From NCBI RefSeq assembly GCF_000015805.1, contig NC_009073.1, positions 1,200,001 through 1,232,000 of the forward strand: a DNA stretch of 32,000 nucleotides, written 5' to 3'. Both the position numbers and the translations under genes were made by a program. Positions 7,967 to 20,172 of this stretch are shown here, piece after piece; positions within the stretch are counted from its first letter, which is position 1; each line of letters begins with the position of its first letter. A model generated the notes under the pieces. The model was not told the DNA's origin. It was given only the letters and a program-made list of their open reading frames with translations, and searched no databases. Source of the DNA: Pyrobaculum calidifontis JCM 11548 (lineage in GTDB: Archaea; Thermoproteota; Thermoprotei; Thermoproteales; Thermoproteaceae).

Positions 7967-10846
7967 TTATTCTTCGATTTTCTCAATCATGTATTTGTGT
8001 TCTGTTATCTCTGTGTTATATAGTAAACTTATTAGAGCTTTTCCATAGTAAATTTTTCCAATCCAATTTAATTTGCTAGGTTCGATAAACTTTACAAGGT
8101 TTTGGTCATAGGAGGATAGCTGAGCAATAATGACGGCGGCCTCGTTGAACATCTCCCTTTCAATTAGATGGCGTATGAACTCCCTGGCCCATGTCAGTGC
8201 CTCTTCTGTTGGTATGATGTTTCCTATCTGTTTGGCGAGTACTTTCCATGCCTTGTCTATGCATTGCCCTAGTCTGCCTTTCGAGAGAGCTAAGATGGCT
8301 AGGGGTGTCGGTTCAAGTAGTTCTCCTCTTTCTATGGCTCTTTGGTGGAGATGTTCTATAGCTTGACAGTGGTCAATGATATAGGTAAATCTATGTACTG
8401 ATTTTTGTAAAAATAAAATTACAGATAACGGCATGTAGTTATCTACAAATATCCATTCGCCAAGATCGCCCCTCTGAGATTTTATCTTCGGATAAACTAA
8501 TTCTACTCTTACATTCAACAAGGATTCACCCACTGCTTCAAGGAATTCCCAGGTGTGTCTTTCTATTGCTTCTCTTAGTTCTTTCCTTTGTGCAAGTTGT
8601 TCGAAGAGTACGTCGACGGGGTCTCCTCCTCCACAGTTGCCGACTACTCTGGCTGGCGACTTTAGTCTTTCTGCTACTTCGGCGAGTGTGTTCTCGATAT
8701 TCATTATATATTTAAGCGCTGTCTTTCCTTTTAGCATTGGCTCTACCTGTGCGGATAAGGTGCCTTGGGCTAGTTCTTTTATGACTTCTTCGATTAAGTC
8801 TTCATGTTCTTCTGCTAGCCACTTCTTGATGAATTCCCTTGCTTCGTCGCCTCCCTGGATTGGGACGCTGTGGAGTGGGGTGTTGCAGTATAGTGTGTTG
8901 TCTCTTGGGTCTATTTGTGGGATTTCTTCTAGCCACTTTGGGGGCATGGGGCCGAGTTTGGCGCGGGCGAGGAAGGGTATTGCGAGGGCCCATAAGAGCC
9001 GGCTGTCGCCTTGGAAAATGCCTTTGTATATGTACAGGGCGAGGAAGGTCTTGGCGTTGCCGCCGCCTGCCTCTACGGCTTTTGCCACGTTGGTTGCGCA
9101 ACCTGCCTGTCTTAGCCACTCGCCGGCATATCTGGCCACTAGGGTGTAGCCGCCTTCGTATTTCTCGGCTATTTCACGTCCGATTTTTTGATATACCTCG
9201 TCTTTGCACGTGGTGCCGCTGTATGCTTTTACGATTTCTGCTAGGAATTGGGGCTGGCGTAGGTCTACCTCCACTGCCATGTGGGCGTCAAGGCGTTGTT
9301 TGAGTTCACTGGGCAATGTAGCGTATATGTCGTTTGGCAGTACCACTACCACGGGTATGGGGCTGCCTTCCTCTAGCAACCTCTCGTGTAGGTCTAGGAG
9401 GTGTCGGATTATTTGGCCTATAGCCGTGGGCTGAGGCGCGTCAGAAGGCGCTTCGTAGTACGGGGGTGTGGCTGGGTCGTAGAAGAGTACGGGAGTGTGG
9501 AGTGCCATCTTCACCGTTATGCTGAGTTTGTGGAATTCCTCGGTTGGCTCCTTATGCGTCGGGCCTATCTTGTATACGCGGAAGTTTCCTGTGCTTAGTG
9601 CCTTGGCTAGGGCGTATAGCGTCAGCGTAGATTTGCCGATGCCCTTCTCTCCCCGTACGACGACAAATTTGCCTTCGCGTATCCCGTCTAATATTTCCTC
9701 CGCCTGCTTTGCGAAGCTGTCTGTGACTACTAGGGGCTTGTCCGAACCATAGACGTGGAAGACCCCCCTCTCTAGATCGAAGCCGAGGTCCTTCGGCCTC
9801 TTCCATACTTCGCTTACTATTCCTAATACTTGCAACTCGGTTTCAGCCTCTTCTACCCTTTTCTTGAGTTTTTCGAGCTCTTTCCACGCTTTGTCTAGTC
9901 TGTCTTCCAGCTCTTTCTTCAGCCTTTCTATGTCGTCTTTTGTGGCTATTTTAGAGCGGAGAAGCTTTGCGGCGTTTTCTGCGAGGGTTTTGAACTTCTC
10001 TATGCTTAGGCCCCACCCGTCGTTGGCCACCTCGGCTACTACGGCTTCGAAACTGGGGTTTTGTAGATAGGGGCTGGCTTCTGCGGCGGCTTTGGCGAAT
10101 TGTACCACCGCCTCGATAAAGTGGTCGCGTGCTCTGCCTTTTGTCAAGAGTTTTTCTAGTAGGTCCTCGCTTCTGATTCCCAGCCGGCTGGATAGCTTGT
10201 GCACTTTGTCTATGAGCCAGCTACCTGTGCCAGATCTCTCCAGTAGCTCTATTCCGAGGTGAAGGACTTCTGCAACTAGCTGGGCTCCAACTTTTGTTGC
10301 CAAGTCTTCTAGCACTTCGGCTAATAGCTCCTTTGCGCTTCTTTGTCGTGGACGTAGCCTTCTTATGGCTTTTATGCCTTTTTCAACTTCTAGGGGGTTT
10401 AGCTGAAGTAGAGATATGGAGATGCCTTCTGTTGTTTTTGCAATGTGTCTTAGCTTCTTGTAGCGTACTTTGGCGTAGTTGTAGCTACTTCCTAGAAGCC
10501 GTTGATAGATGGAGGGCAGGTCTATGACTTTTCTGCGTTTTGTGGCAAGGTGTTGATAGAGATCTCGTGCGGCCAGGTTGTCTAGGGGTATGGCTATGAC
10601 CTTGGCGTCTTCTTTGAGTATTTTGTCTTTGTCGAGGGGTTCTGTGCCGGGTTCGTCTGCCTTGTATGTTAGGATTTTGACGGGGGTGTCGCACTTTGCC
10701 GCCGCTCTTCTTGCCACTTCGTGTCGGGCTGAGCCCGGCGTTACTAATATCACAACGTCTGTCCCGGGGATGGCTCCGCAGAGTTCTTTTGCCACGTCCT
10801 CCGCCGCCTGGTTTACTAAGCGTTCAAAGAGGTCTGCAAGCAACAA
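7967..10846 (-). CDS. Large STAND/AAA-like P-loop NTPase with an N-terminal alpha/beta domain, a coiled coil and C-terminal helical repeats
   Basis: 959 aa. Walker A is VVVRGEKGIGKSTLTLYA. Candidate Walker B is TPVLFYDP, and a later PVVVVLPND strand follows. A coiled-coil segment (DDIERLKKELEDRLDKAWKELEKLKKRVEEAETEL) precedes the NTPase. The helical C-terminal half becomes AT-rich after about 8130. Confidence 0.8.
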   Translation of the reverse strand: MLLADLFERLVNQAAEDVAKELCGAIPGTDVVILVTPGSARHEVARRAAAKCDTPVKILTYKADEPGTEPLDKDKILKEDAKVIAIPLDNLAARDLYQHLATKRRKVIDLPSIYQRLLGSSYNYAKVRYKKLRHIAKTTEGISISLLQLNPLEVEKGIKAIRRLRPRQRSAKELLAEVLEDLATKVGAQLVAEVLHLGIELLERSGTGSWLIDKVHKLSSRLGIRSEDLLEKLLTKGRARDHFIEAVVQFAKAAAEASPYLQNPSFEAVVAEVANDGWGLSIEKFKTLAENAAKLLRSKIATKDDIERLKKELEDRLDKAWKELEKLKKRVEEAETELQVLGIVSEVWKRPKDLGFDLERGVFHVYGSDKPLVVTDSFAKQAEEILDGIREGKFVVVRGEKGIGKSTLTLYALAKALSTGNFRVYKIGPTHKEPTEEFHKLSITVKMALHTPVLFYDPATPPYYEAPSDAPQPTAIGQIIRHLLDLHERLLEEGSPIPVVVVLPNDIYATLPSELKQRLDAHMAVEVDLRQPQFLAEIVKAYSGTTCKDEVYQKIGREIAEKYEGGYTLVARYAGEWLRQAGCATNVAKAVEAGGGNAKTFLALYIYKGIFQGDSRLLWALAIPFLARAKLGPMPPKWLEEIPQIDPRDNTLYCNTPLHSVPIQGGDEAREFIKKWLAEEHEDLIEEVIKELAQGTLSAQVEPMLKGKTALKYIMNIENTLAEVAERLKSPARVVGNCGGGDPVDVLFEQLAQRKELREAIERHTWEFLEAVGESLLNVRVELVYPKIKSQRGDLGEWIFVDNYMPLSVILFLQKSVHRFTYIIDHCQAIEHLHQRAIERGELLEPTPLAILALSKGRLGQCIDKAWKVLAKQIGNIIPTEEALTWAREFIRHLIEREMFNEAAVIIAQLSSYDQNLVKFIEPSKLNWIGKIYYGKALISLLYNTEITEHKYMIEKIEE

Positions 10847-10911
10847 GTAGTAGTCGCCGTGTTAATAAAAGCTTTTTGTGTTTTGTTTTATATTTGTGAT
10901 ATTGTTTTGCT
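10847..10911. promoter_or_regulatory. Putative bidirectional promoter between the NTPase (-) and the NurA-like gene (+)
   Basis: A 65-nt AT-rich spacer with two TATA-like elements. GTTAATAAAAGC can be read on the minus strand and TTTTATATTTG on the plus strand. Each lies about 20-30 nt from its respective start codon. Confidence 0.4.
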
Positions 10912-14040
<3,129 letters not shown>

Positions 14041-14233
14041 GGCTACGCGCACATGCGCATTTAAAACACTTAGCCTCCGCAGACTTTCTAAAGGCCGCGG
14101 AGAGCACGGCGCGCTTGGGTACGGCGCACGCTTGCCAGAGGTGGAACATGGGCAAAGCCCCGCCGCGGGCGGCGACCAGCGCGCTGGAGGCGGCGCTCTG
14201 TATCCGCCTAAACGCAACGCGGTTTGACAAGTC

Positions 14234-14734
14234 TCAAGAGACTTGGCCGCTCTCCCTCTGCTTCTTCTTCCTCAGCGCGATTCCCCTCATTATCGAGGCG
14301 TATATCAACAGCTTCCAAGCCCCCGGCACGTCTCCGTGCTCGTCTACAAACTTTCTGGCGAGTTCTCGGAGCTCGTCGGCCTCTTCCAGTGTGAGCTCCT
14401 CCTTTTCCACAAGCTCTCTAATCCGCCTCAGCTCCTCCTCGGTGAGGGGGTTGAGGCGGGCGAGCCTAGCCAACTCCCCCTTGACAAAATCCACATCCCT
14501 CGCCTCAAGAACACCCCTAAAACCCAAAAACTCAGCAAAAAACTCAAATTGGTCACGAGTAGCCCTAGCCAGCTCGTTAAATCTTCTATCGAATTCGTCA
14601 AATCTCTTGTCGATCTCGGCGAACCTCTTCTCTATTTCGGCGAATTTTCTGCCGAGCCAATACGCCAAAGAGGCAGTTGAAGCTACTACTGCGCCTATTG
14701 TCCCAATAGCTGTGATAAGTAGCTCAACGGACAC
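14234..14734 (-). CDS. Membrane-anchored coiled-coil protein with heptad repeats
   Basis: The N-terminal TM helix is LLITAIGTIGAVVASTASLAYWLG. It is followed by the 7-aa repeats FAEIEKR/FAEIDKR/FDEFDRR/FNELARA. The start is set at GTG 14734, about 24 nt downstream of TTTTTAA. The ORF-track N-terminal extension is low-complexity. Confidence 0.6.
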   Translation of the reverse strand: MSVELLITAIGTIGAVVASTASLAYWLGRKFAEIEKRFAEIDKRFDEFDRRFNELARATRDQFEFFAEFLGFRGVLEARDVDFVKGELARLARLNPLTEEELRRIRELVEKEELTLEEADELRELARKFVDEHGDVPGAWKLLIYASIMRGIALRKKKQRESGQVS

Positions 14735-15082
14735 GAAATGTTCTCCGCCTGTGTTAAAAACCTTTGCTCTGCCGTGTCTGCCGCTTGGTTTCTGGAAGAT
14801 GCACACGACAGGCTGGGCAGGAGGTTGTGCCGCGGCAGGCGTTGCCCGCCGCGCAGTGGCCAATGGGGGTTGCCTTTGTGCGTCTTGGATGGTGGAGCTG
14901 GGCAATGGGGGGTGCTAGGCATGTTGCGTGGTCTTTGGGAGAGGGGCTGGCGGGCGGGAGGGGCTTTGACTGCATCTCTACGGGCCGGCCCTTCTCAGCC
15001 AGGCGCCGTCTCGTTTGCCTCCCGCGCATTGGTCCGCCGTGTGTAGTGCCGACAGTATTGAGAGGGACCTCTGCGTCGGCTC

Positions 15083-16177
15083 CTAGTTGCTGCGGGAGCC
15101 TTGTTCTGCCAGGGCTTTCCTCAGTAGCTCCTTGTAGGCGGGCATTTGCCAGGCGTAGTACTGCCCCACGCCTAGGTCTTTGTCTATGGGTGGGGGCTCG
15201 AAGGGGGACTTCACTATGGACTCCCCGCCGAGGGGTATGCCTCTTGGCAGGTCCATTACGAGGTTTTCCTTGATCAGCAACTCTCTCAGGTCTCCGAGGC
15301 CGCGTTCCTCTCCGAGGTAGAGGTAGTCCACGTCCTCTATGACCTTCACCGCCAGCTCGGCAAGCCCCCTCTCCCTTAACAACTTCGCCACTCTCCTCAT
15401 CTCTTTCTTGTCCATGAGGAGTTTCAAGTGCTCTTCCACGTCCCAGCCCAGCTTTGCCAACTCCTCTAGCCCCCTCGGATTTCCGCCGTAGAGTCTCCAC
15501 ACCTCGTCGAAGGGTGGCGCCTGGCCGGGGTAGAGCTCCCTCGCTCTGTAGTACAGCTCTTCGAAGTCCCGCCGGGGGAGATTCCATATGTACCTCTGGT
15601 CCACGTAGTTGTGCCGTGACAACAGGTCTCTGGCGTATCCCTCTGATGTAGGCGCGAAGAAGTTGACTATGACGTCTTTCAACTCCTCTGGTCTCCCCAC
15701 GTTCATGGTGGATTCCATGGATTTGGCATATGCCTCCACATTGACGAATGTGGTGGTGACTTCGTCTACTACGATGAATATCCGTTTTACGTCCTTGGTT
15801 TTGACGTATTTTGGTATCGACGTGGCCATGATGGCAAAGAATTCGCCGAAGTGCGTGATTTGGGAGAGGCTCCTAAACATGGCCTTGGCTAACTGCTTGG
15901 CCAGCTTTTTCACGTCTACGGGCGCGGTGGCAATTACGGCCTCGGCGAGCTCGCTCTTCCTCGTGTCTACAAGGACCGCCACACCGTCGGGGTACCACTC
16001 TCTAAATCTCCTCACCGCCTCTTTAAACAGTCGGGATTTACCGCACCCCTCGGGGCCAAAGACGAAGATGGGGAGGTACACTTGTCTCGCGTTGTACCTC
16101 CTTATCGCCTCCAGCTCCGCGGCTCTCCCAACGAAGGGCAACTCCACGTCTGTGTCTGCGGGCGGCGTTATAAGCAT
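15083..16177 (-). CDS. 'Archaeal ATPase' family (PF01637-like) P-loop protein
   Basis: FVGRAAELEAI..IFVFGPEGCGKSRL (Walker A) and RIFIVVDEV (Walker B). The length of 364 aa and the architecture are typical of the Arch_ATPase family. Confidence 0.85.
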   Translation of the reverse strand: MLITPPADTDVELPFVGRAAELEAIRRYNARQVYLPIFVFGPEGCGKSRLFKEAVRRFREWYPDGVAVLVDTRKSELAEAVIATAPVDVKKLAKQLAKAMFRSLSQITHFGEFFAIMATSIPKYVKTKDVKRIFIVVDEVTTTFVNVEAYAKSMESTMNVGRPEELKDVIVNFFAPTSEGYARDLLSRHNYVDQRYIWNLPRRDFEELYYRARELYPGQAPPFDEVWRLYGGNPRGLEELAKLGWDVEEHLKLLMDKKEMRRVAKLLRERGLAELAVKVIEDVDYLYLGEERGLGDLRELLIKENLVMDLPRGIPLGGESIVKSPFEPPPIDKDLGVGQYYAWQMPAYKELLRKALAEQGSRSN

Positions 16178-16349
16178 TTAGCCTCCCTTTCGCGCTAAAT
16201 GTTGCGCCGCTTTGGAGGTGGCTCCGTTGTGGCTTGGCCGATTGCATGCCGCTCTGTAGCACCTGTGTGTGGGTGGCGCGTGCTCGTAGGCGTGGCCGTG
16301 GGTTGGGGCGGGGAGGGGCGTCGTGTTGTACTTTTAGTACATTAAGTTT

Positions 16350-17825
16350 TTGTGTGTGGACGTGGTGGCGGCTGTGAGGAGGTCTGTCCTTGCGTTGGTG
16401 GCGGCCTTGGCTGTGGTGGCTGTGGTGTTGCTGGTGGTGCCGTTTTTTGCTTCTACGGGGCTTAGCTCTGCAGGGGGCATTGAGCCGCTTGCCAGGGGGC
16501 CCTTTATGACGGGTCCGTGGGCGCCTCCCTCTGGTGGTTGGCAGTCTTACGACGCTTCGGCGTCTGCGAGACTGCCTCCTCAGTACACGGCGACTACTGC
16601 GCCTCCTCAGGCGACTACTACTACTGCGCCTCAAGGGGCGGCGGGGTCCCGCGTGGTTGTTAAGGAGGGGTTTGTTAGGCTGATTGTCTCCGATGTGGAG
16701 GTGGCCGCGTCTAGGGTTCTTGGGGAGGTGGAGAGGCTGGGGGGCTACTTGGTTAAGGACGAGGGTGGGATTGGGCAGCGCACCTTGACTGTGAGAGTGC
16801 CGTCGGATAAGTTGGACGAGTTTGTGGCGTTTTTGGGCGGGGTGGGGATGCTCGAGTCTTTTTCCGTCTCGGCGACCGACGTGACGGAGACTTACGTGGA
16901 CTTGGGCGCTAGGCTTAACTCTACCCGCGCGTTGGAGAAGAGGCTTTTGGAGCTTTTGTCTAGGGCTGGGAGTGTGGATGAGGTGCTCAAGGTGGAGGGG
17001 GAGCTTTCGAGGGTTAGGGCTGAGATTGAGAGGCTGGAGGCTGAGCTGAGGAGTTTGTCTACGAGGGTGGCGTATTCCACGGTGGTGGTGACGTTGGTGG
17101 GGGGCGCCGCCTCCCGCGACGTGGTGGTGACTGTGGAGGTGGATGACGTGGCGAAGTCGGCGCGTGGGCTGGTGGAGGCTCTTGGGAGAGTTGGGAGGGT
17201 GGTCCGCGGCGAGTTCAGCGACGCGCGTGGGGTGGTCAGCGTGGAGATTCCCACTGGCAGACTCGACGAGGTGGAGAGGCTGATCCCGGGCAGGGTGGTG
17301 GAGCGGAGGGAGTCTGTGAGCCCCTCCTCCACGGGCGTCTCCACTGTCACAATAAACCTCGTGGGGCGCTCCGTGGCCTACGCCGTGGAGATCCGCCTAG
17401 AGGTCCCCGACGTGGAGGAGGCGTTTAGAGCCCTGCTGGGCCTGGGGGTTGGCAGAGTGGAGCAGGCCGCCGTGTGGGGGGACGGGGGGGTCGTCGTCAT
17501 CTCACTGCCGCCTGGCAACTCCACGAGGCTGGAGGAGCTTCTCCCGGGCAGAGTGGTGTCTAAGAGGACCGACCTCGTAAACGCCAGGGAGTCTAGGTAC
17601 ACCATCCGACTACAGAAGCGCGTAGACCCGGTGGCCCAGGCCTTGCAAAACGGCGTGGAGGCCCTCAAGTTCGTCGCCTTGGCCCTGTTGGCGCTCGCCA
17701 TAGTGCTCGTGCCCCTGGGCCTGGCGGCGTACGGGGGATACGCGGCGTATATGCGCGTCAAGAAGAGAAAAGCCGCGCCGGGTCCCACGCCCCCAGGCGG
17801 GGCCCAGGAAGGCGGCGGTTCATAA
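16350..17825 (+). CDS. DUF4349-like membrane protein
   Basis: N-terminal TM/signal segment (LALVAALAVVAVVLLVV). TDVTETYVDLGARLNSTRALEKRLLELLSRAGSVDEVLKVEGELSRVRAEIERLEAEL matches the DUF4349 core pattern. A C-terminal TM segment (FVALALLALAIVLVPLGLAAYGGY) is followed by a basic tail. Confidence 0.7.
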   Translation: MCVDVVAAVRRSVLALVAALAVVAVVLLVVPFFASTGLSSAGGIEPLARGPFMTGPWAPPSGGWQSYDASASARLPPQYTATTAPPQATTTTAPQGAAGSRVVVKEGFVRLIVSDVEVAASRVLGEVERLGGYLVKDEGGIGQRTLTVRVPSDKLDEFVAFLGGVGMLESFSVSATDVTETYVDLGARLNSTRALEKRLLELLSRAGSVDEVLKVEGELSRVRAEIERLEAELRSLSTRVAYSTVVVTLVGGAASRDVVVTVEVDDVAKSARGLVEALGRVGRVVRGEFSDARGVVSVEIPTGRLDEVERLIPGRVVERRESVSPSSTGVSTVTINLVGRSVAYAVEIRLEVPDVEEAFRALLGLGVGRVEQAAVWGDGGVVVISLPPGNSTRLEELLPGRVVSKRTDLVNARESRYTIRLQKRVDPVAQALQNGVEALKFVALALLALAIVLVPLGLAAYGGYAAYMRVKKRKAAPGPTPPGGAQEGGGS

Positions 17826-17936
17826 GACACAACACGCCCCCGAGAGCCGCGTCCCGTGGACCCAGTGCGCCTCGCACAGCGTTCAATGTCCAGCCCCCCG
17901 CTCAGGAGGGCAATTCTTATATTTCCCGCCGGGGGC

Positions 17937-18443
17937 GTGGAGGAGGTGGGGCGCCAGTGGAAGGACTTGAAGAAGTATGTAGAGGCGCGCGTGGCGGAGG
18001 CGGTTGCGGAGTTTGAGTTGGCGGGGGAGTTTCTTGAGGGTGGTCTGCTCAGGGGCGCGGCTGGGAGGGCGTTTCAGGGGTGGAGGGCGGCGCTGGCGGC
18101 GGCCGCGGCGGTGAGGCGGGAGGCGCTGAAGGGCGAATACGCGGGCTTTGTCAAGACTAGGGAGGGGGAGAGGGTTGAGAAGGTGGACTTCGTGGTGGCG
18201 GTGATGCCCACGTCGCAGATGAAGAAGGTGGCGAAGGTCCTCTCAGGGGACTTCGGCGACGTGGTCGTCTTGCTCACAGAGCTGGCCTTGGACCTCCGCG
18301 AGTTTCGGCACAGTGGGCTCGACCCGGCGGGGGTGCTGAGCCGCTACGCCGACTTAAGGGACGTGGAGGACGACGTGAGGCTCCTCGTGGCTAGGGGGAG
18401 GGAGTTTGTGGAGGGGGTTAGGAGGGGCTTGGCGGGGGGCTAG
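17937..18443 (+). CDS. PaREP1-like helical protein
   Basis: YVEARVAEAVAEFELAGEFLEGGLLRGAAGRAFQGWRAALAAAA and the later LALDLREFRHSGLDP resemble the PaREP1/PaREP8 pattern (..NAAGKAFQAWKA.. and ..LHEYFYHG..). The start is placed at GTG 17937, about 20 nt after the TATA-like CTTATATTT. The ORF-track start is 17856. Confidence 0.55.
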   Translation: MEEVGRQWKDLKKYVEARVAEAVAEFELAGEFLEGGLLRGAAGRAFQGWRAALAAAAAVRREALKGEYAGFVKTREGERVEKVDFVVAVMPTSQMKKVAKVLSGDFGDVVVLLTELALDLREFRHSGLDPAGVLSRYADLRDVEDDVRLLVARGREFVEGVRRGLAGG

Positions 18444-18470
18444 TTTTTAAGGTGGTGGCCCCTCTTCTCC

Positions 18471-19160
18471 ATGGCCGCGGGGCGGTGGCTTCACCACGTG
18501 GTTTCACCGGGTGGGTGGCTGGTGGTTTTTGACGAAGTGTTTTTCCTCGACGCTGTCCCTCTGCCGGGGGCTAGGGCTGTTGACTTGGGCGGAGGCGGGG
18601 GCCCCCTTCCTGTGTCGCTTGTGGGGGTTAGACGGGTGTCTGAGGCGCGTGGGGGGCTGAGGCTGGAGGCGCCTCTCCTGGGGAGGTGGTACGTGGCTAG
18701 GCTGGCGCCTGCCAGAGAGGCGCGTGGGGCGCTTGGGGGCGCGGCGCATGTGTTAGAGGTGGAGTGCGACGTCTGCGACTTGTCTCTCCTCCTGGCCCTC
18801 ATGTCCCCGTCGCACTACCCGGCCTACGCGGCGAGGGTGTTTAGAGCCGTGGCGTGGGCGAGGGAGGCGCGGCGGGCTAAGACGTGGGAGGAGTTGGTCA
18901 GGGCCCGTGTGGAGGACTTCACAAGGCTCATGGCCGGCGCCTTCGACGCCTTGTCCAACCCCAAGTGCCTCAAGACCTTCTGGGCCCTGGCCTACGACAA
19001 GTCGCCGAGGGTGAGAGAGGCCGCTGTGAAGTGCGGCTTTTGGAAGCCGGCGGAGGAGGGCGGGGGCTTCACCGTCTTGGGGGCCCTCGCCTACCTCCCA
19101 GTGGCCCACCTACTCCCCCCACAGTGCAACTACCTGCCCCCGGGCTTCGAATGTCTGTGA
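18471..19160 (+). CDS. Hypothetical protein
   Basis: 229-aa ORF with ATG about 25 nt downstream of AGTTTTTAAGG. Codon usage is native. No family is recognised. Confidence 0.6.
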   Translation: MAAGRWLHHVVSPGGWLVVFDEVFFLDAVPLPGARAVDLGGGGGPLPVSLVGVRRVSEARGGLRLEAPLLGRWYVARLAPAREARGALGGAAHVLEVECDVCDLSLLLALMSPSHYPAYAARVFRAVAWAREARRAKTWEELVRARVEDFTRLMAGAFDALSNPKCLKTFWALAYDKSPRVREAAVKCGFWKPAEEGGGFTVLGALAYLPVAHLLPPQCNYLPPGFECL

Positions 19161-19399
19161 GACTTTGCGCCCCTCCCTACTACCTCTACACGCTGAGGGA
19201 GTGGCTGAGGTACATCGAGCCCCTGTTGGAGGAGCTGAGGGTGCCCCTTCGCGTGGAGGCGGTGGGGGAGTGCGGCGACGTGTTTATAGAAGTCTGCGGG
19301 GCGCAGTTCCGCGGCCTCCCCGACAACGAGGGCGCCCTCCTAGAGCTCATCCTGTCCCAATGCGGCGCCGGACCTCCCCGAGGAGGGGAATCTCCCTGA
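19151..19399 (+). CDS. Hypothetical small protein
   Basis: An ATG at 19151 overlaps the preceding stop by 10 nt. The 82-aa product (MSVRLCAPPYYLYTLREWLRYIEPLLEEL...) has ordinary composition. The longer ORF-track version (18884) lies out of frame inside the previous gene. Confidence 0.45.
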   Translation: MSVRLCAPPYYLYTLREWLRYIEPLLEELRVPLRVEAVGECGDVFIEVCGAQFRGLPDNEGALLELILSQCGAGPPRGGESP

Positions 19400-20069
19400 G
19401 CATCTCCTCTGTGACGTACTCCCAGTAGATGCCGCGGGGCTTGGCGTCTACGCGGCGCACGCGGATTAGGCGGGTGGGCGTGGCCACGATGTCCACGGGG
19501 AGGTCGAAGGGCTCCCGCGGCACCTCCTCCACCAGCTGGAGGTCGTGCACAGTGGTGGCCACCGGCGTCTCCTCTCCCGCCTTGCCGAAGAGAGTCAAGA
19601 GGCCCCACTCAATCTCGGCGTATCCATGGGACTTCCCCAGCCTCCGCCCCGTCCGCGGGTCCACCGCCACGGAGCCCACCACCACGAGGTCCACCCTAGG
19701 CAAGTCCCACGGCTTGACCCCCCGCCCCCACTTAAACGCCCCCGCAATAGTGGAAGCCTCCGCTGGGTCCTTCACCTCAGAGGGGTCTAGGAGGAGGAAC
19801 CCCTCCCTAATCCTCGGAGTAGGCATAATCAACACCTTGCCCCTCTCCAGCGCCGCCCTCCTACAAGGCCTCTGCGGGGCGTCTGGGTTAACCTTCACAA
19901 CCCGCGCCGCGGCGAACTCCGGCGTCGCCACCAGCCTCGCGCAAGCCTCCTCGGCCCCCCTGAAGTTGGGAATTCTCCCAAACACCGGCCTGGGAAAAGC
20001 CGCCACCCCCCGCTCCTCCAAAACCCGCCAAACCCGCTCCCTAATAGCCCGCTTAACCTCCTTCACCAC
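19347..20069 (-). CDS. 5-formyltetrahydrofolate cyclo-ligase family protein (archaeal type)
   Basis: IRERVWRVLEERGVAAFPRPVFGRIPNFRGAEEAC...VVKVNPDAPQRPCRRAALERGKVLIMPTPRI matches the conserved pattern of the archaeal 5-FTHF cyclo-ligase-like family. The start is placed at GTG 20069, about 20 nt after TGTTTTTAAC. The ORF-track start is 20111. Confidence 0.7.
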   Translation of the reverse strand: MVKEVKRAIRERVWRVLEERGVAAFPRPVFGRIPNFRGAEEACARLVATPEFAAARVVKVNPDAPQRPCRRAALERGKVLIMPTPRIREGFLLLDPSEVKDPAEASTIAGAFKWGRGVKPWDLPRVDLVVVGSVAVDPRTGRRLGKSHGYAEIEWGLLTLFGKAGEETPVATTVHDLQLVEEVPREPFDLPVDIVATPTRLIRVRRVDAKPRGIYWEYVTEEMLREIPLLGEVRRRIGTG

Positions 20070-20172
20070 GCCCCCCAGCCAGCCCACAGTTAAAAACATT
20101 CGAACCCCCACAGCCAGGCGGTATCCTCGCCCCCAAAGGCGGCCGCCAGCAAAGACGCGGCCTCCCCCCAGA

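Noticed and set aside
10520-10846. The N-terminal alpha/beta domain of the 959-aa NTPase as a possible CARF domain (VVILVTPGSARH ... IPLDNLAARD)
   Set aside because: The DNLAAR spacing does not fit the [DN]-x-[ST]-x3-[RK] CARF motif, and I see no other CARF hallmark. It is left as an unassigned Rossmann-like domain.
8130-10850. Many 60-200-aa plus-strand ORFs and minus-strand alternative-frame ORFs within the NTPase gene
   Set aside because: All are nested in or antisense to a continuous 959-codon ORF with clear P-loop motifs. Their composition is Ser/Cys/Leu- or Arg-rich, and none has promoter-like context.
14041-14217. The N-terminal 59-aa extension of the HerA ORF in the six-frame track, and similar extensions at 14735-14905, 17856-17936, 20445-20588 and 23893-23934
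   Set aside because: The extensions are low-complexity (P/A/R/S-rich). They run through TATA-like elements that sit about 25 nt upstream of internal in-frame starts, and in the esterase case the known protein begins at the internal ATG.
14115-14918. 267-aa plus-strand ORF rich in Ser/Leu (SSSSASSSVSSSFSTSS)
   Set aside because: It lies antisense to the coiled-coil membrane protein gene. Its low complexity mirrors the E/L/R codons on the opposite strand.
14754-16634. ORFs 14754-15587 (-), 14764-15273 (+), 15609-16181 (+) and 16038-16634 (-)
   Set aside because: These are off-frame or antisense readings of the Arch_ATPase gene and its flanks. They are Arg/Pro/Gly- or Ser/Thr-rich and carry no motifs.
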